Assembly (NCBI GenBank): GCA_010093995.1
Contig: ML992512.1
Span: 124,001-188,000, forward strand
DNA: 64,000 nucleotides
Direction of reading: 5' to 3'
From: Elsinoe ampelina
Lineage: Eukaryota
The translations under genes were made by a program, and so were the position numbers. Below are positions 48,560 to 61,903 of this stretch, one piece after another. Each line of letters begins with the position of its first letter. Position 1 is the stretch's first letter. The notes under the pieces are model-generated. The model was not told the DNA's origin. It was given only the letters and a program-made list of their open reading frames with translations, and ran no database searches.

Positions 48560-48723
48560 AGGGAGCAATATTGTGGAACAGAATTCGATTGAGGTGAACT
48601 TGTCAAAACCCAAACGCTGCATATAAACCAGCAGCCTGAAACGAGGTGCTCATAGAGAAGAGCAGCTGATGCCGTCGGCATCCATCATATTACCGAGCGA
48701 ATCGAAATTCGATACTTCAACCG

Positions 48724-50912
48724 TCACTTGCGCATCTTCTGCTTCAGCGCTTTTTGTGCCAGCGCCAACTGGTGCAGATGCTTCTCAAACGAGGTGATCG
48801 GCGGTCTTCCCATCAGCTCCGGAATCGTGGGTTGCTGCGGAGATGTCAGCATACGAATGGCGAGGCATTGTTTGCTGAAGAGAGGCCCACCTTGCACTTT
48901 CTGTGGTGCATTTCCGCTTTCGCCTTCGTGCTCATCGTTGGCAGCAGGTTCTCCAGTCTCAGTAGTCGTAGCAGCCTCTGTATCGACAGGCGCTGCCGTG
49001 GCCGACTCCTCTGCCTCGTTGTCTTCGGCCCCTGAAACGAACAAGGCTTCGTTGGTCTCGGCGTGTGGGGGACTGCCACCGGCTTCCACGTCCATGCTAT
49101 CCCTCCTCACAACCTCATCGTCCTTGACTGTCATATAATCGGCCTCTCTGACTTCTGTCTCACCGCTTTCGGACATGACCGTGTCCACATCCATGGCATT
49201 GTCTTCCATGCGTGTTTTCTTCCTAGGTGACTGAACATCGTCCGAAGCCTCCCCATGATCATCGTCGGAAAGTCCGTCAGCGTCAGCATCGTAGCCGGCA
49301 TCGGAATCGTAGTCTTCGACGACCTCACGCGCACGCTTGCGTCTGCCCAATGTAGTCGGCAATTCTGTGGCACCTTCTGTTGCTGAGCTAGGCGCAATGG
49401 GTGAATGAGTGGTATCGATGTTGGGTTCGATGGGTTTGGCCAGGCCGCTGTAGCTTGCAATGCTTGCAGCCCAGGCAGAGACAGGATCCTGAGTGGATGT
49501 CATCCCGAGTTCTGCTCCGACGCCAGCAACCGCATCGAGTGTCTGATGTCCTGAAACTGCATGAGCTGGAGGAAGACCTTCTGGCATGACAGCTTCTCCC
49601 AGTGCATTCATGGGTCCCATCACCCCAATGGGCTGGCTTTCATGAGGAGCCCGCCAACGAAATTTCTCGTTGAGAAAGGCTGCAGCCTTTTCGTCGTCGA
49701 TAGTTTTGCTGCCGATGGCCTTCCAGATGCCTTTGGGTGTGACCTGTGTGCGGACTGAGGCGAATGCTCGGTTGGGCGTCTCAGACACTGCGGTAGGGTC
49801 CTTACGAGTCCTTGGAAAGGTCATGCGATCGTTCCAGTCGACTGCTGTTGCTTCTTTGAAGGCGTTCTTGAAGGCGCGGAAAGCAACGGGAAATGCGACG
49901 CCTGGGCCCGCGATCATCTCACTCTTCTCCTCGTCGACCAAGCTGCCACACAGCATCTTCGTGACGGCATAGCTCTTCGGAGCGTCCGCAGTACTTTCGT
50001 AGAACTTGACAAGTCAGCATGATCTGCAGAGAGTCTTTCATGATGGCTACTACCTTCAACAAGAGTGTCTGGTTGAGATTAAACTCGATCTGGACCTTGA
50101 TAAGGTTGATCTCGTAGCTGAAGCCAGTATGATCAATGAAGATGTTGTAGCCTTCTAAAAGTCAGCCTGTGTTGGACCAGTAACTTCAGCAGAATCGAGA
50201 CTTACCGTCTAAGCTCACATGTCGTGCGGCTCTCTTTGCGGCCTCATGCTTGCGGACTTCTTCTGCCATCAATCCCTTTTTGTTCCTCGGCTTTGTCTGC
50301 TTCAGCGGGGCCTTCGGTCCTGCATACTGAGCGGTATGATCAGCGAGTTCTGCGATCAACGCACTCCTCGGGCGCTTGTTGGCTTTGGCCTCTGCCTTTG
50401 CCAACTGCTTCTCAAGCTTCATCTTCTCCTTCTGCCTTCTCTTCTCTTCTTTGTCAGCTTCGTTTTGCAGCCTTTTGGCTTCTCGCGCTTGCTCCTTGGT
50501 GACGGCCGATGTGAATGACTTGCCAGCACCACTTTTACGATAGTCGTGCTCAGCCGGGACAGTCTTCCCTCCCAAAGGCCTGCTGTTCCTGAAGTAATGA
50601 TCCATATAGTCAGCAGTGACCATGCGAATCGAAGGTCGCTTCACGGCTTCTTGGACTAGATCTTGTCAGCACTTGCTCCAATAGGACATCTGCAGAAGAA
50701 TGTCGTCACTTACTTATTTTCGCTTTCTGCTTTCCTTTCTTTTCCCATTCGCTCTTTGCAATAATAAGATGAGTTGTGGTTGGCTGCAGGGAGTGCTGGA
50801 CAGTCCCTCCGCGCATGCTGATCCACCTTGCCCAATCGCTGTTACTCATTCCATGTCCATGGTCGCCGACAACCACAAAATTGAGGCCGTTCAAGCACCG
50901 TGTTGTCGTCAT
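48724..50912 (-). CDS. BRCT plus WGR-like domain protein with acidic C-terminal region (multi-exon)
   Basis: BRCT-like LNGLNFVVVGD...RWISMRGGTVQ...TTHLI...RMVTADY. WGR-like YNIFIDHTGFSYEINLIK...FYES...AFRAFKNAFKEATAVDWNDR. Intron signals join ORFs 50706, 50186 and 48724. Confidence 0.65.
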
Positions 50913-51658
50913 ACTGTTTGATCCGCGGAAGGGCTTGCTTCGAATGACTGTGTGATCGATGCGAAATGCTTGCCTCGATGTAGTGGTCGAAGTTGCTGAC
51001 AAGGTGGCTGTCAACGGCGTCCAATGGGTGATCCCAGCGTCAACAAAGGGAGATTTCGCTGTAGATGATGACCGGCGCTAAGCATGTACAAGTGAAGCCT
51101 CATGAGGCGCTCAAGTACGTGCTAGATGAGCTTGAGTGAAGGTGAAGAAAGCGAGGTCGGTCCCCAATATCTCATTGATGGGAATGATTATGACGCCTGA
51201 AGTTCGTTCCGCTTCGATATTGTGCGTTGTTACGACGAAGCCCGTCTCATCGACGATCAGGAAAGTTGTGCAGCGCGGGCACACGTCGAATGCATAGCAA
51301 GTGTCAAGAAAGGTACGACTGATTGCTTGGAAGGAGAAGACGACAATAATGAACGAAGCTTGAAGAGAATAAGGAAGAGGAAGAGAGACTGATAAATACC
51401 TTGGTCGGTATATATATGGAAGGACAGGGAAGGGGAAGATGCATGCACATGCCCGAGCAGGCAGCAACGTGAAATTCCTATAAAAGTGAGGCTTCAGTGA
51501 GATATGATCAAGTTGTTTTGACGACATGTGAACAGCTCGACCGACGAACTTCACTGTTGTGATACAGCAAGCCTGAACTGACCTTGAGAAGGTCGCCGGA
51601 CGGAGTAATCAAATCGAGTGCTCATTCTGTGAGCTGATCGGATTCGTCTGCACGGGAT

Positions 51659-54007
51659 CTATCTTCCTTTCACTGCTTCAATAAAATGCCGTATCTTGCC
51701 GAGATCCTGTCCACCATGGCCTTCGACACCACTGCTGACATCCAGTACAGCAACCCGATCGAGATATGTCGTCAATTTGTCCATGATCTGTTGGACATTG
51801 CTTGGGTTCAGACCACCGGCCAGCATGATGTGGAGATCAGAATGTCGGTCCAGGAGATCGGTAACTTTTGTGAGCTCGACCTGCTCGCCTGTGCCACCAG
51901 CACCAGAATCCACCAAAGGTAGCGCGTGGTAGCCTGTTGTGGCAAGTCCGGCATCTCCGACGTGAAATGCATGTATGACTGGCACGGGGATGATTGACGC
52001 CCATTCTACAGGTTCGCTGCCGTGGAGCTGCACGACATCGAGATCTAAAGCTTGAATGCGCTCCAAGATATATTCCAGTGGCTGATCCTGGAAGACACCG
52101 ACGAGCAACGCACGATTAGCTCGTCGAAGTACATGGTTGGCGTTGTACTGAAAGAATGCTTCCGGCAATGTAGCTTGCTTCTTGTCGGTCGTACCAGTGT
52201 GTTGTGATCGATAGGTATTGTGTACGACGTCTGAAATCGCCTGAGCGGCCTCTGGTGGCACGAAACGCTTCCGACCCTTGACCAATATGATACCGACCAG
52301 GTCAGCTCCAGCTTCGACCGCAACCTTTGCCGCCTCAGCCGATCTTGTCCCACATATCTTGACCAGCGGACAAGGCATCGGACCTTTTCGTACTTGATCG
52401 GTGCTACCGCCCAGCAGCTCTGCGATAAATGCTGTAGTATCCTTTGCCCTCATGAGCGCTTCGCCCACAAGCACTGCGCCGACGCCATTCTGAAGGTAAG
52501 GTTGCACGTCCGACGGTCCAGAAATACCACTGAGTGCACAGACAACAGTCTCCTTCGGCACCATGCTCATCAAGCGGCTAGTAGTGTCCATGTCGACCTC
52601 GAAGTTGGTCAGGTTCCGATTGTTGACGCCAATGACCCTGGAGCCGAGCTTGACAGCGACGTCCATCTCTTCGACAGTGTTTACTTCAACAAGCGGCTCC
52701 ATACCAAGCGACTGAGAGTATTTGTATAGTCGTGTGAGTGTCTCAATGTCAAGCATCTTCACGATCAGCAGGACCGTGTCTGCACCTGCCAGACGAGCCT
52801 CCAGAATTTGGTATTCCTCAAACACAAACTCTTTCCGCAGGATGGCTGGACGGTGCGGCATACCGCTCAACGCTTGACGGACGTATTTCAGATCTTCGAT
52901 GCTGCCTTTGAACCATTCCGGCTCGGTGAGAACTGAAATAACGCTCGCTCCAGCTTGTGCATACGTCTTCGCTTGGGCTGGCGCGCATGCAGAGATGGCA
53001 ATGACACCCTTGGATGGAGAGGCTCTCTTAATCTCAGCCATCAATGAAAGAGGATACGGAGATTGTTTCAACCTTTGTGCAAAGTTGATCAACGGTGGCG
53101 CGAGATCGAGGTCGTATGCTTTCTGCAGGTCCTCTGGTCGCTGAGAGGGAGCCTTTTTCTGCTCTGCTACAGCTGCTCTCCGATGTGCATAGATCTTCTC
53201 CAGAATCGATATTGTTTTGTCCTTGGAAGATGCGCCGTTCGTGTTCTGTGCCGGTGAATCTGACTGGCGCGTTTCATTGTCCTTCCAGGTTCCGCCATGC
53301 ATCCTCAAGAAGTTCTTGATCATGAGGCGACCATCAGCAGTGAGGATACTCTCGGGGTGGAACTGGACGCCCTCGACGGTATATTCCTTGTGGCGTACGC
53401 CCATGATCACTCCTTTGCCACCGTCCGGTCCAACTGCGATCCAGGAGGAAACCTCCAAACTTTCGGGCAGTGTTGGGTGTGTGCCGGCCAGAGAATGATA
53501 ACGTGTCACGGGAATGTCTTGTGGTACACCTGCGTAGACACCTTTCCCATCATGACGCAGTGGCGACGTCTTGCCGTGAAGGATTTCACCAGTCTGTTCC
53601 ACACGACCTCCGAACACTGAGTATACACACTGCCTGCGGAGGTTAGTTAGTAGAGTGAGTAGTACAGAATATTAGGCCAACGCGTACTCTCCCATACAGA
53701 CTCCAAGGATCGGTATCTTGCCGCTAAAGTGACGAATGGCATCTTTGCTGATCCCAGAGTCGCTTTCTGGATGACCAGGACCAGGACTTATAACCAATTG
53801 GGTAGGATCATGTTTGATCAGTTCCTCAATGGTTATTTCATCGTTGCGGAAAACGGTCACTTTGGCTCCCTCCAAGACCAGATATTGATATACATTCCAG
53901 GTGAAGGAGTCATAGTTGTCAATGAGAATCAGATTCGAAGCCGACGACAGAGGCGGAGCAGGCTCAGGCTGGTGAGGCGAATGATCGATCAATTCCAGGT
54001 CTGACAT
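51659..54007 (-). CDS. trpC: Trifunctional tryptophan biosynthesis protein (glutamine amidotransferase, IGP synthase, PRA isomerase); one intron
   Basis: [69 protein letters not shown]. Confidence 0.97.
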
Positions 54008-54288
54008 GTTGATTTAATGTCGAGAAAACGATTATCTTGGTGTGATTGTTGTGAAGAAGTGAAGTCTTAAAATTGCCGTCTCATCAAGCGGGCGCCATTT
54101 CAAGCTGGAGCCATCAAAGCCCTTGCCCTGATGGCCAAAACTTTCGCAAGACAGGGCAACTTCACGTGCAACAAGCGTCATTAATATTTCATCCTCATCG
54201 GCCCAACGATCGAATATCGGCACACACCTTGGTCGACCACGCGACACTATGGTACGCGACCAGCTGCAAGGAACATTGGGCCCTTAGC

Positions 54289-57200
54289 ATGGCGTCCGCG
54301 TCCACGGGAAGCTTCTACCTTCCTGCGCTCGATGATGTCCTCCAGCGCCGGCAAGCTATCGTGTATGCGCACCTAGGCCTGGCATGGCTCACACAAGCTA
54401 ATACTACTACAGCTCATGGCGTACGCTATTCATAGCGCTCGCTGAGCCACTCGCTACTGCGCAAGCGTCCTCCATCGACAAAGTCCTGCAAGACCAGAAA
54501 GTCCGCCAAATATTGATCGACCCATTCTCAGCTCACCAGAAGCCGACACAGGAGTCGCGGACGCAGTTTGACAATCTCACATCAGCTATCAATGCTCCCG
54601 CCTCAAAGGATAGCCAGTACGACGTCAAGGAGCTGAAGGAAGATGCATTGTGGCTTTCGAAAGAGGTGGGTGCGGATGAGGTGATATCTCTGAGGACAGC
54701 CTTACTGGAATGGCAAGATCGGCCGCGCAGGAAGCTACTGTCTCGCTGGAGTGAAGACGAGATCGTGGGCCTTCGAAGCACAACTGCTGCATCAAGCAGC
54801 GCCGCCTTCTCCAGTCTACTCAATCATTGTGAGATACTCCCACCAGGCGATGAAGCGCGCGAGGTCAAGGGTGGTGCCAGAGACCACCTCCTGGCGCTTT
54901 TCTACAGCGAACAAGAATATCTCTGGAAATCGGCAGAAGCTGTGTTTGGGCTGGCCCAACCAAGCGACATGCAATTATCAACACGTGCCTCACCCAAGGC
55001 TACGCTGTCACCAGAACTCCGATTGACCACGACCTCTCTATGGAACGCCCATGTGGATGCTTTTGGTGGCGAAGGGAAGAATGGTGCCATCGCAATAATC
55101 GCGGATACATTGCAGGGTCTCTTCGAAAAGGTCACTCCACCGCAGAGATGGCCGGCCAGCATGCATGGAAATGTTGCGGCCTCGACAAGTTATCTTCGAT
55201 CGACCTTGGAGACTATGATCTGTTTGTTGCGGCTTCTACAGATTCATCTCCGGAAGGACAGCCAAGATACGACCACAACTTCTGAGATCACGGCTTGGTT
55301 CGGTATGCTCCAGGACTGTTTCTTTTTCTCGCCACTAGAAGAGATCGACCGAGAGCAGTGCTCCATCATTGCCAGTCTCGTCGTCTTCAATTCGGTCGAC
55401 TTGCTGAGGATTGGACCGGCCATGGAGTATTTGTACAACAAGATCGAATCATCAGAGTCTACCCTCTATCCAAAACTATCGCGAAAGTCCTACATTGAGG
55501 ATGCTGCATGCCTTCGCAGTTTGACAGAATGTTTTCTCTCGGTGCTGGATGATGTCAAGGCGTGGATGGGACCTGTCTGTCTTGTTTGGGCAGTGCTCGC
55601 GCAACATCTTCGCATCTTGAGCGATGATTTGGAAGGTGAGACCAATTTACTCATAGCGGATGGGCAAGAAGACAACTCCGATCGTTCATCGCGGAGGTCT
55701 TCGCTCAAAGGTTCGACACCTCGGCCGACGTCAAAGCTGGATATTCTCCTCAAAGCGATTGTGGAAGCATGTCCCAAAACAGAAGAAGGCGCGGATGCAA
55801 TCGAGCTTTTGGGCAAATTCGCTCTTGGTGCAGCAGGGGCTTCTCAGACATCTGATCAAATGGTCCACAACCTTTCGCAAGCATTTCGCCTCCCGTCAGA
55901 CATACATACCACTGTACTCAGTAAGATGACGGCCATGGATATCCTCAGACACGCCATCCCCATGGTGGCATCCGCGCCGGCCCTGGCTGATTCACTAGTC
56001 GAAGTACTTTCCTATGATTTCATTCCCACGCCAGATCCAAGCACGATAGATCTGTCCCTCTGGCCATCACAGCCTGCAAAATCATTAGATGACGACAAAG
56101 AAGGTCTGGGATCCCTCATGGCACAAGTTGTTGCCAGGTATCCTTATGAGATGGGGCCCTTCGCCGTTTGTCTCCAGACTGCAGCATATAGCGAGGCATA
56201 TGTGGACGAAGACGGGTCCAAGATCGCGATATTACTTGAGGGTCTCGATTCTTTCACGTGCGAGATTCCTCTCGATTGGCCCTGTACGCCATCCAATGAA
56301 CCAGATAGGGTTGTCCTCCAGCAGGACCTCCCTATCTTCGAGTTGCAGCGTGGTGTACCGTCGACGAACACCCGCAAACTGTTCACCATCCCAGCTGGAA
56401 CAGAAGGGCTCACCTTGGCTGAAAAAGGGCGATGCGCAGTGATTAGATGGTATTATCGGCACTCCGCCCTTGAGTATATCGGAGCATTGCTTGCGAGCCA
56501 AAGTAAGCAAGCCCGGACTGTGGCTGCCTTTGGGCCCAGCGATTTGGATGTAAGGGTAGAGGCGGACCTTGTCGCACTACTCACGACGATGCTCAGGGGT
56601 GCACTGACGTCGTCTGATGTGGAAGCTCCAAAGCTTCTCCTTGGACGCATTAGTGATGGGATGGACCGTAATAACGACATCATCTCTGTGGTCTTCTCGA
56701 CCTTCGAGCACCATCTCCAAAGATACGCAGTCTCGGTCGGAGACGATTCCTCGATTGCCCTACTGGTTCAATGCATCGAGTTCATGAAGATTACAATGCA
56801 TGTCTTCCCCGAGAGGGTCTGGAACCAGTTGGGCCGTAGTTCCCTGCTACCCATCAATGACATATCTGGCGCCTTGGTCTCTGTCGTTGGTTCCACCGAG
56901 ATACCGATGGCAAGATTCAGGTTCCTCGCTGCATGTACGACACTGTACGAGAGTCTCATTAGCGATTGCACCCGCCGAGCAGCGTTACAAGAGTCATCGA
57001 CTACCACCAAAGCCGTCGCACGATTCGGCGATGCCAATCTTCACAATCCCCAAACACCTTACAAGACTATGAGCACCTTGCTTTTCAACTTCAGCCGGGT
57101 CCTCCTAGATGTACTGCAAAGCCAGACGAACTGGAGATTTGACGAGCCGGTCGAGCGAAGTAACGTTGTCTCCACCATCCTCCGTTCCTCCAACACCATT

Positions 57201-59852
57201 CTCCAATTAGCCTTCGCCACTGGTACAGGTACCAAAGGTCTTTGCTCAACTGTGGAGCCAGCTGCTTCGGGTCTGGCGACTGTCTATCTCACCGACTCCG
57301 AAAAAGATCTGCCGATGCTACCGATCATTGATACCCTGGTCACCGCTCTTGCTGAGCTGGGCCCTCGCTTCGAGCCGCGGCACAGTCACGAATTGCTGTC
57401 AGCAGCGGTGGAGTCTCTGCGGTTTTGTACCTCACTTCTGAGAGTTGGCATGGCAAAAGAAAAGTCAGGCGCGGCATTGCGAAATCAGCTATTCCGGGCT
57501 TTGCCGATTTTGGCGAGATTACTTGCTGTTCACGAAGTGTTCAGACCTCTTGTGTCTGACCTCTTGACCGTACTGGTCCAATATGCAAGCATATCAAGTC
57601 AAGATCCGCCGTCGTTGCTAGGTCACTTGTCCGCAGAAGCGACCCGCAGCTTCCTGGCTGTAGTGACCGACACGAATGCTCCTTTACAGAACCTGGACGC
57701 TGAAGCGGTAGTATGGGACATGCTGTCAGCAATCGTCAGCAGCAAGCAACAATGGCTAGCGATAAGCCTGCTCACTGGATCGACACCGAGAGAACGATTG
57801 AAGTCTGGCAACGACTCAACCAACACAAAGAAGTCACTCATCACCACAGCACTCGACAGCTTGGTGAAGCTTGAGACTATGCCACCACGACGAGCTCTGG
57901 CCATACTGGCTTTCGTATCACACTCTCAAAATCACTGGGAATGGGTTTCTTCGACGATCGCTCAGCATAGTCAATTCCTCTCCAGTGTGTCAGAGTGGCT
58001 GTCAAAGTTGACTCGAAACACTCGGCAAAGCGACACCGAGGCGTGCATACGCAATGCGAACGAGAATCAGATGGCAGCTTTTGTCTGCGATATACTCGCT
58101 CGCTACATTCACAACACTGGAGATGGGACTCAACAAGACAAGGCCAAGCGATTGTCGACAAGTCTTACCTATCTTCGGGATCATGCCACTCAGGTGGACG
58201 GCTACAATCATTCGCTGCATAAGAATCTGATCAAAAATTTCGATCAGAAATTCGGCGGTATCTCTCTCGACAGCTTCAAAAGGGCAACCCTGAATCCGGC
58301 TGATTTGGGGCCTAAATACTACTACGATCTTGACCTCGCCGATAAGGTCTTTGGGTACGATCCATCGTGGAGGAGGGCTAAAGGTCAAGGCTTTGTGGAC
58401 GAAGTCGCGCGAGCGAATGTCAATTTCTCGCTTGTGGACTCTCAGATAGCTCTACTAAAGTCATGGAAGAGCCTGGCAATGGAACTGTTGAGCGTTGCAG
58501 GCAGCAACACGCAGATCCAGAAGGACATGACCAAGGTCGCCACCGGCTGTCTTCGAGCCAACATTGACAGCACCATCCCGACCCAGATATTCGAGAACGT
58601 TTCTGAGACGAGGGTGGACTTTGTCTTCGCTATTCTGCAACATCTGCACCGGGCTGGATCCAAAGAGCCGGAAGTCAAGAACCTGTTTGTCCTGACCTTG
58701 GAAGCTATTCGGGCAACAGGCTTGGATTTCGAGGTCATCACGGAAGCCAAAGTTGCTTCGTACTACCGTACCCTGCTCCAGATTTTATTCCTTGCCGTGC
58801 AGCCGCATGTGCAGGAGTCGAAGCAAGACGTTCAAAGGTTGGGAAAGCAGTCCTTGTCGAAATCAGCGGCTACGAATGCTGTCCCACTGAGCCCCCTCAC
58901 TAGCTCGTTCCTCGAGATCTTGAACAAGGTGATTGCGGTCAACTTTCGGGCCTTGTGTACCCTGGTCCATTCCTCCACGCCTGAGACGCCCACCCTCGCT
59001 CAACCATCAGACTTTGTCCTACTCACCGCACTGCTGCAGTCACTTTTCCGGATCCCCTCGACACTGACGGTGCATCGCCAAATCGCCAGCACTGTGTCAG
59101 ATGCCTCTCTGATCCGATATGCAATCTCATTGTACTCGTGGTCCGACTCACTCACCCCCAGCGACCCAGGCATCTACGGCGAGATTGCAGTCCTCTTCCT
59201 TCTCTCCTTGTCGACCATTCCTCAAGTCGCAGAGGTCATTGCGACAGAATCCGTCCTCACCTCTATATCCTCGGCGAACGTGACTGCCTATCTGCGCGCC
59301 CCTGCATCTGGGTCCAAGTCATCCGGAGGCTGCGGTCCCTTTGATCAGCCAAGCCGAGTTCACAGCATCTGGTCACGCGGCATCCTTCCACTTCTGCTAA
59401 ACATTATCTCGGCAGTAGGACCGGGCATTGCTGCAGAGATATCTGGCTTCTTGAACTCCTTTCCATCACAGCTGAAGCGGTGTGCAACAGAGCTCCTGTC
59501 GCCATTGCAGCCCTCTGCTCGCGATCCTTACCGGGGCTGCATCACTCTCAGCCTGGCCGCAGAGGCGCACAGTCTTGCATTACTGGGCAGCATCATTGAA
59601 GGACTGAGACAGCAAGGCGCTGCGATTGGCGTAGATGCAGGAGAGATTGAAGAAGTGGCGTTTGACAGAAAAGCGGTCGGCGAGGCTGCGGAAGGTCTTT
59701 TGCGAAACAGAAGGGGCTTGGGTGAGAGGATCGTGCCTCTGGGTGAGAGGGATGAGTCGCTAAGGAAGAAGAAAGTCGGAGAAAGCGATGCACTCGAGCA
59801 ATTGGTAGTGAAGGAGCTGCAAGGCGTTGTCGATGCAGCGAATGCCATCTGA
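54289..59852 (+). CDS. NUP188: Nucleoporin Nup188 (Nup184); short first exon then one long exon
   Basis: About 1830-aa helical protein with DALWLSKE...LRTALLEWQDRP, ARANVNFSLVDSQIALLKSW and HSIWSRGILPLLLNI blocks recalled from fungal Nup188. Intron GTATGC..CTAAT..CAG at ~54363-54412. Confidence 0.85.
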
Positions 59853-60076
59853 TGTGGTTGGGACATATGTCGAGCTTGGTCTGAATGATCGAGACAGTGC
59901 TCTGGTTCAAGAAAAGCGATAGGTAGAATACCCAAACACGATTACCAAACTTCCAAGTGCTTTGAACATGCAATAATGAAATTCGTAAACCATATCTGCA
60001 GTCTCAAAAGTAAAAGTATCCATATCAAACGCCTCCAATCCCTCCCTTCTCCCTTCCCCTTCCCATCCAGACAAAC

Positions 60077-61231
60077 CTACTTCCTCCCCCTAGCCCACCT
60101 CCCCGCCACCCCAACCGCCCCCAACACGGCCCCCCACGCCCCCTTCCCCTCCCCGACCACCTCCCCATCCCTCACCCCCGTGAGCTCACTAAAACTCCCC
60201 CTCCTCGACCCTCTCCCCCGCTTGCCTCCACCAGGCAAAATCCCCTCCCCCGACCAACCACCACTACTCCTCCTACTCCCCAGGGAACTTCCCCCCGCCG
60301 AATCATCCCCGGCCGGATCCGGACTCCTCCCGCCCGCTCTCGCCACCGCCAAGGCCAGCATACCCCCGAGGCCCCCCTCCCTCGCCTCCCTGCTTTCCAA
60401 CTCCGCCTGCGCCCTGGCTTGCATCGGCGTGAAGTCCAGCGCGGACTGGGATTGGCGGTACCATTGAGGTCGGCCCGGGGTGGTGGTGGTGGTGGTGGTG
60501 GTGGGCAAGGGGCCCACGGAGAGAGGGACGGGGGAGAAGGCGTTGTAGCCTGGTGACCAGGAGGGGGAGAAGGCGGAGGGGGGGTAGGAGCGGCCTGGGC
60601 GGCGGCGGGAGGGGGAGGAGGAGGTCGATGAGGGGGCGGAGGGTGGGGATGAGCAGGGACCGGAGGGGGCGGAGGGGGAGTGAGATGGGGAGAGGGAAGG
60701 GGTGGAAGAGGGCGTTGAGGCGGGTGGGGTGTTGTAGTACCCTCCTTTTTGGGAGAGGGGGATGGTGGAGAAGGGGGAGGAGGAGGTGGAGTTTGGGCCG
60801 GGTGGATAGGATTCCAAGGGGAGATAGGGGGTGGAGCGTTTCCTGCGTCGGTGGGGGTTGCGGGTCGGGAGGGATTGGTAGGTGGAGGTCGAAGGGGGAG
60901 GAGTGGTTGGTGGTGGTTGGAAGAGAGTGGTGGCGCCGGTTGGGGTGATGGTTTGGGAGTAGGTTGTTGAGGTGGTGGAGTGAGGTGGTGAGTAGCCGGG
61001 GATTGGAGTTGTGGGGAGAGACTTGTTGATGATGGACTGGACTGGTGGAGGAGGTGGTGGGCGTGAGGGTGGAAGAAGGCGAGGAACAGGCCCGGCGGGT
61101 TTGACTACAGAGATCCTGCTTCCATCCTCATGGATCATGTTGATCCCAGTCGATGGGCTTTTGTCGTCCTCGACATGGTCTTGGTAATGAGAATTGGGGG
61201 CAGCAGCATGGCTCAATGGATATCCAGGCAT
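60077..61231 (-). CDS. Hypothetical low-complexity Pro/Ser/Thr-rich protein with Gly-rich C-terminus
   Basis: 384-aa ORF with no recognised domain. Its composition tracks the local nucleotide skew. Confidence 0.4.
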   Translation of the reverse strand: MPGYPLSHAAAPNSHYQDHVEDDKSPSTGINMIHEDGSRISVVKPAGPVPRLLPPSRPPPPPPVQSIINKSLPTTPIPGYSPPHSTTSTTYSQTITPTGATTLFQPPPTTPPPSTSTYQSLPTRNPHRRRKRSTPYLPLESYPPGPNSTSSSPFSTIPLSQKGGYYNTPPASTPSSTPSLSPSHSPSAPSGPCSSPPSAPSSTSSSPSRRRPGRSYPPSAFSPSWSPGYNAFSPVPLSVGPLPTTTTTTTTPGRPQWYRQSQSALDFTPMQARAQAELESREAREGGLGGMLALAVARAGGRSPDPAGDDSAGGSSLGSRRSSGGWSGEGILPGGGKRGRGSRRGSFSELTGVRDGEVVGEGKGAWGAVLGAVGVAGRWARGRK

Positions 61232-61903
61232 ATTTCCAGTGTGGCGCGACGAAAGGAGCTGGTCGGATGCATTTTCGCAGAGAAAGATGTACTTGGTGAT
61301 GATATACTGACCAAGGCTTACTGCAGGCTGATTTTGGCAACGTATTCACGATAAAAAGTGGTTGGCGACTTGTGGTTACGAGATGTAGAGGGCTCCAGCC
61401 TGTTCCATGATGTGAAGCAAAAATCCATGGTGCAGGGCGTGATGTAGGATTCAGCCGCGTGCACTGCGTGGCGGAAACAAAACACTTTGCCATTAAATCC
61501 ACAGACACGTATCAACTGGACGATCGTACTGCATCACACAGCCAGGCGTCACTCGCAAAATGGTAAACGTGGAAGAAGACGACTCTCTATGCATTGAGAC
61601 CACCAACAGACCTGACGTCCACGCTCCCACTCTATCAACAGAAAAGAGCGCAGCGACAGGCTGGCCGACCCTTTGGAACTATCTGTGACGAAGCAGTTGC
61701 AAAGATTGCCGCATCCGGACTTGTAGTACATGTAAAGAAAATGAGCCATATCATGTCTGTGACCTGACAGATGTAGCGAGGTAGACTCCTGTACTTCTCC
61801 ATCTCCACATCCACCACTTCCGCCGTCTATTACGAGATGTTGTCCTCCACCATCAAGCGTCCGGTAGAGCAAGATATTGATGTCTTGTCGTGCGTCAAGA
61901 CGC

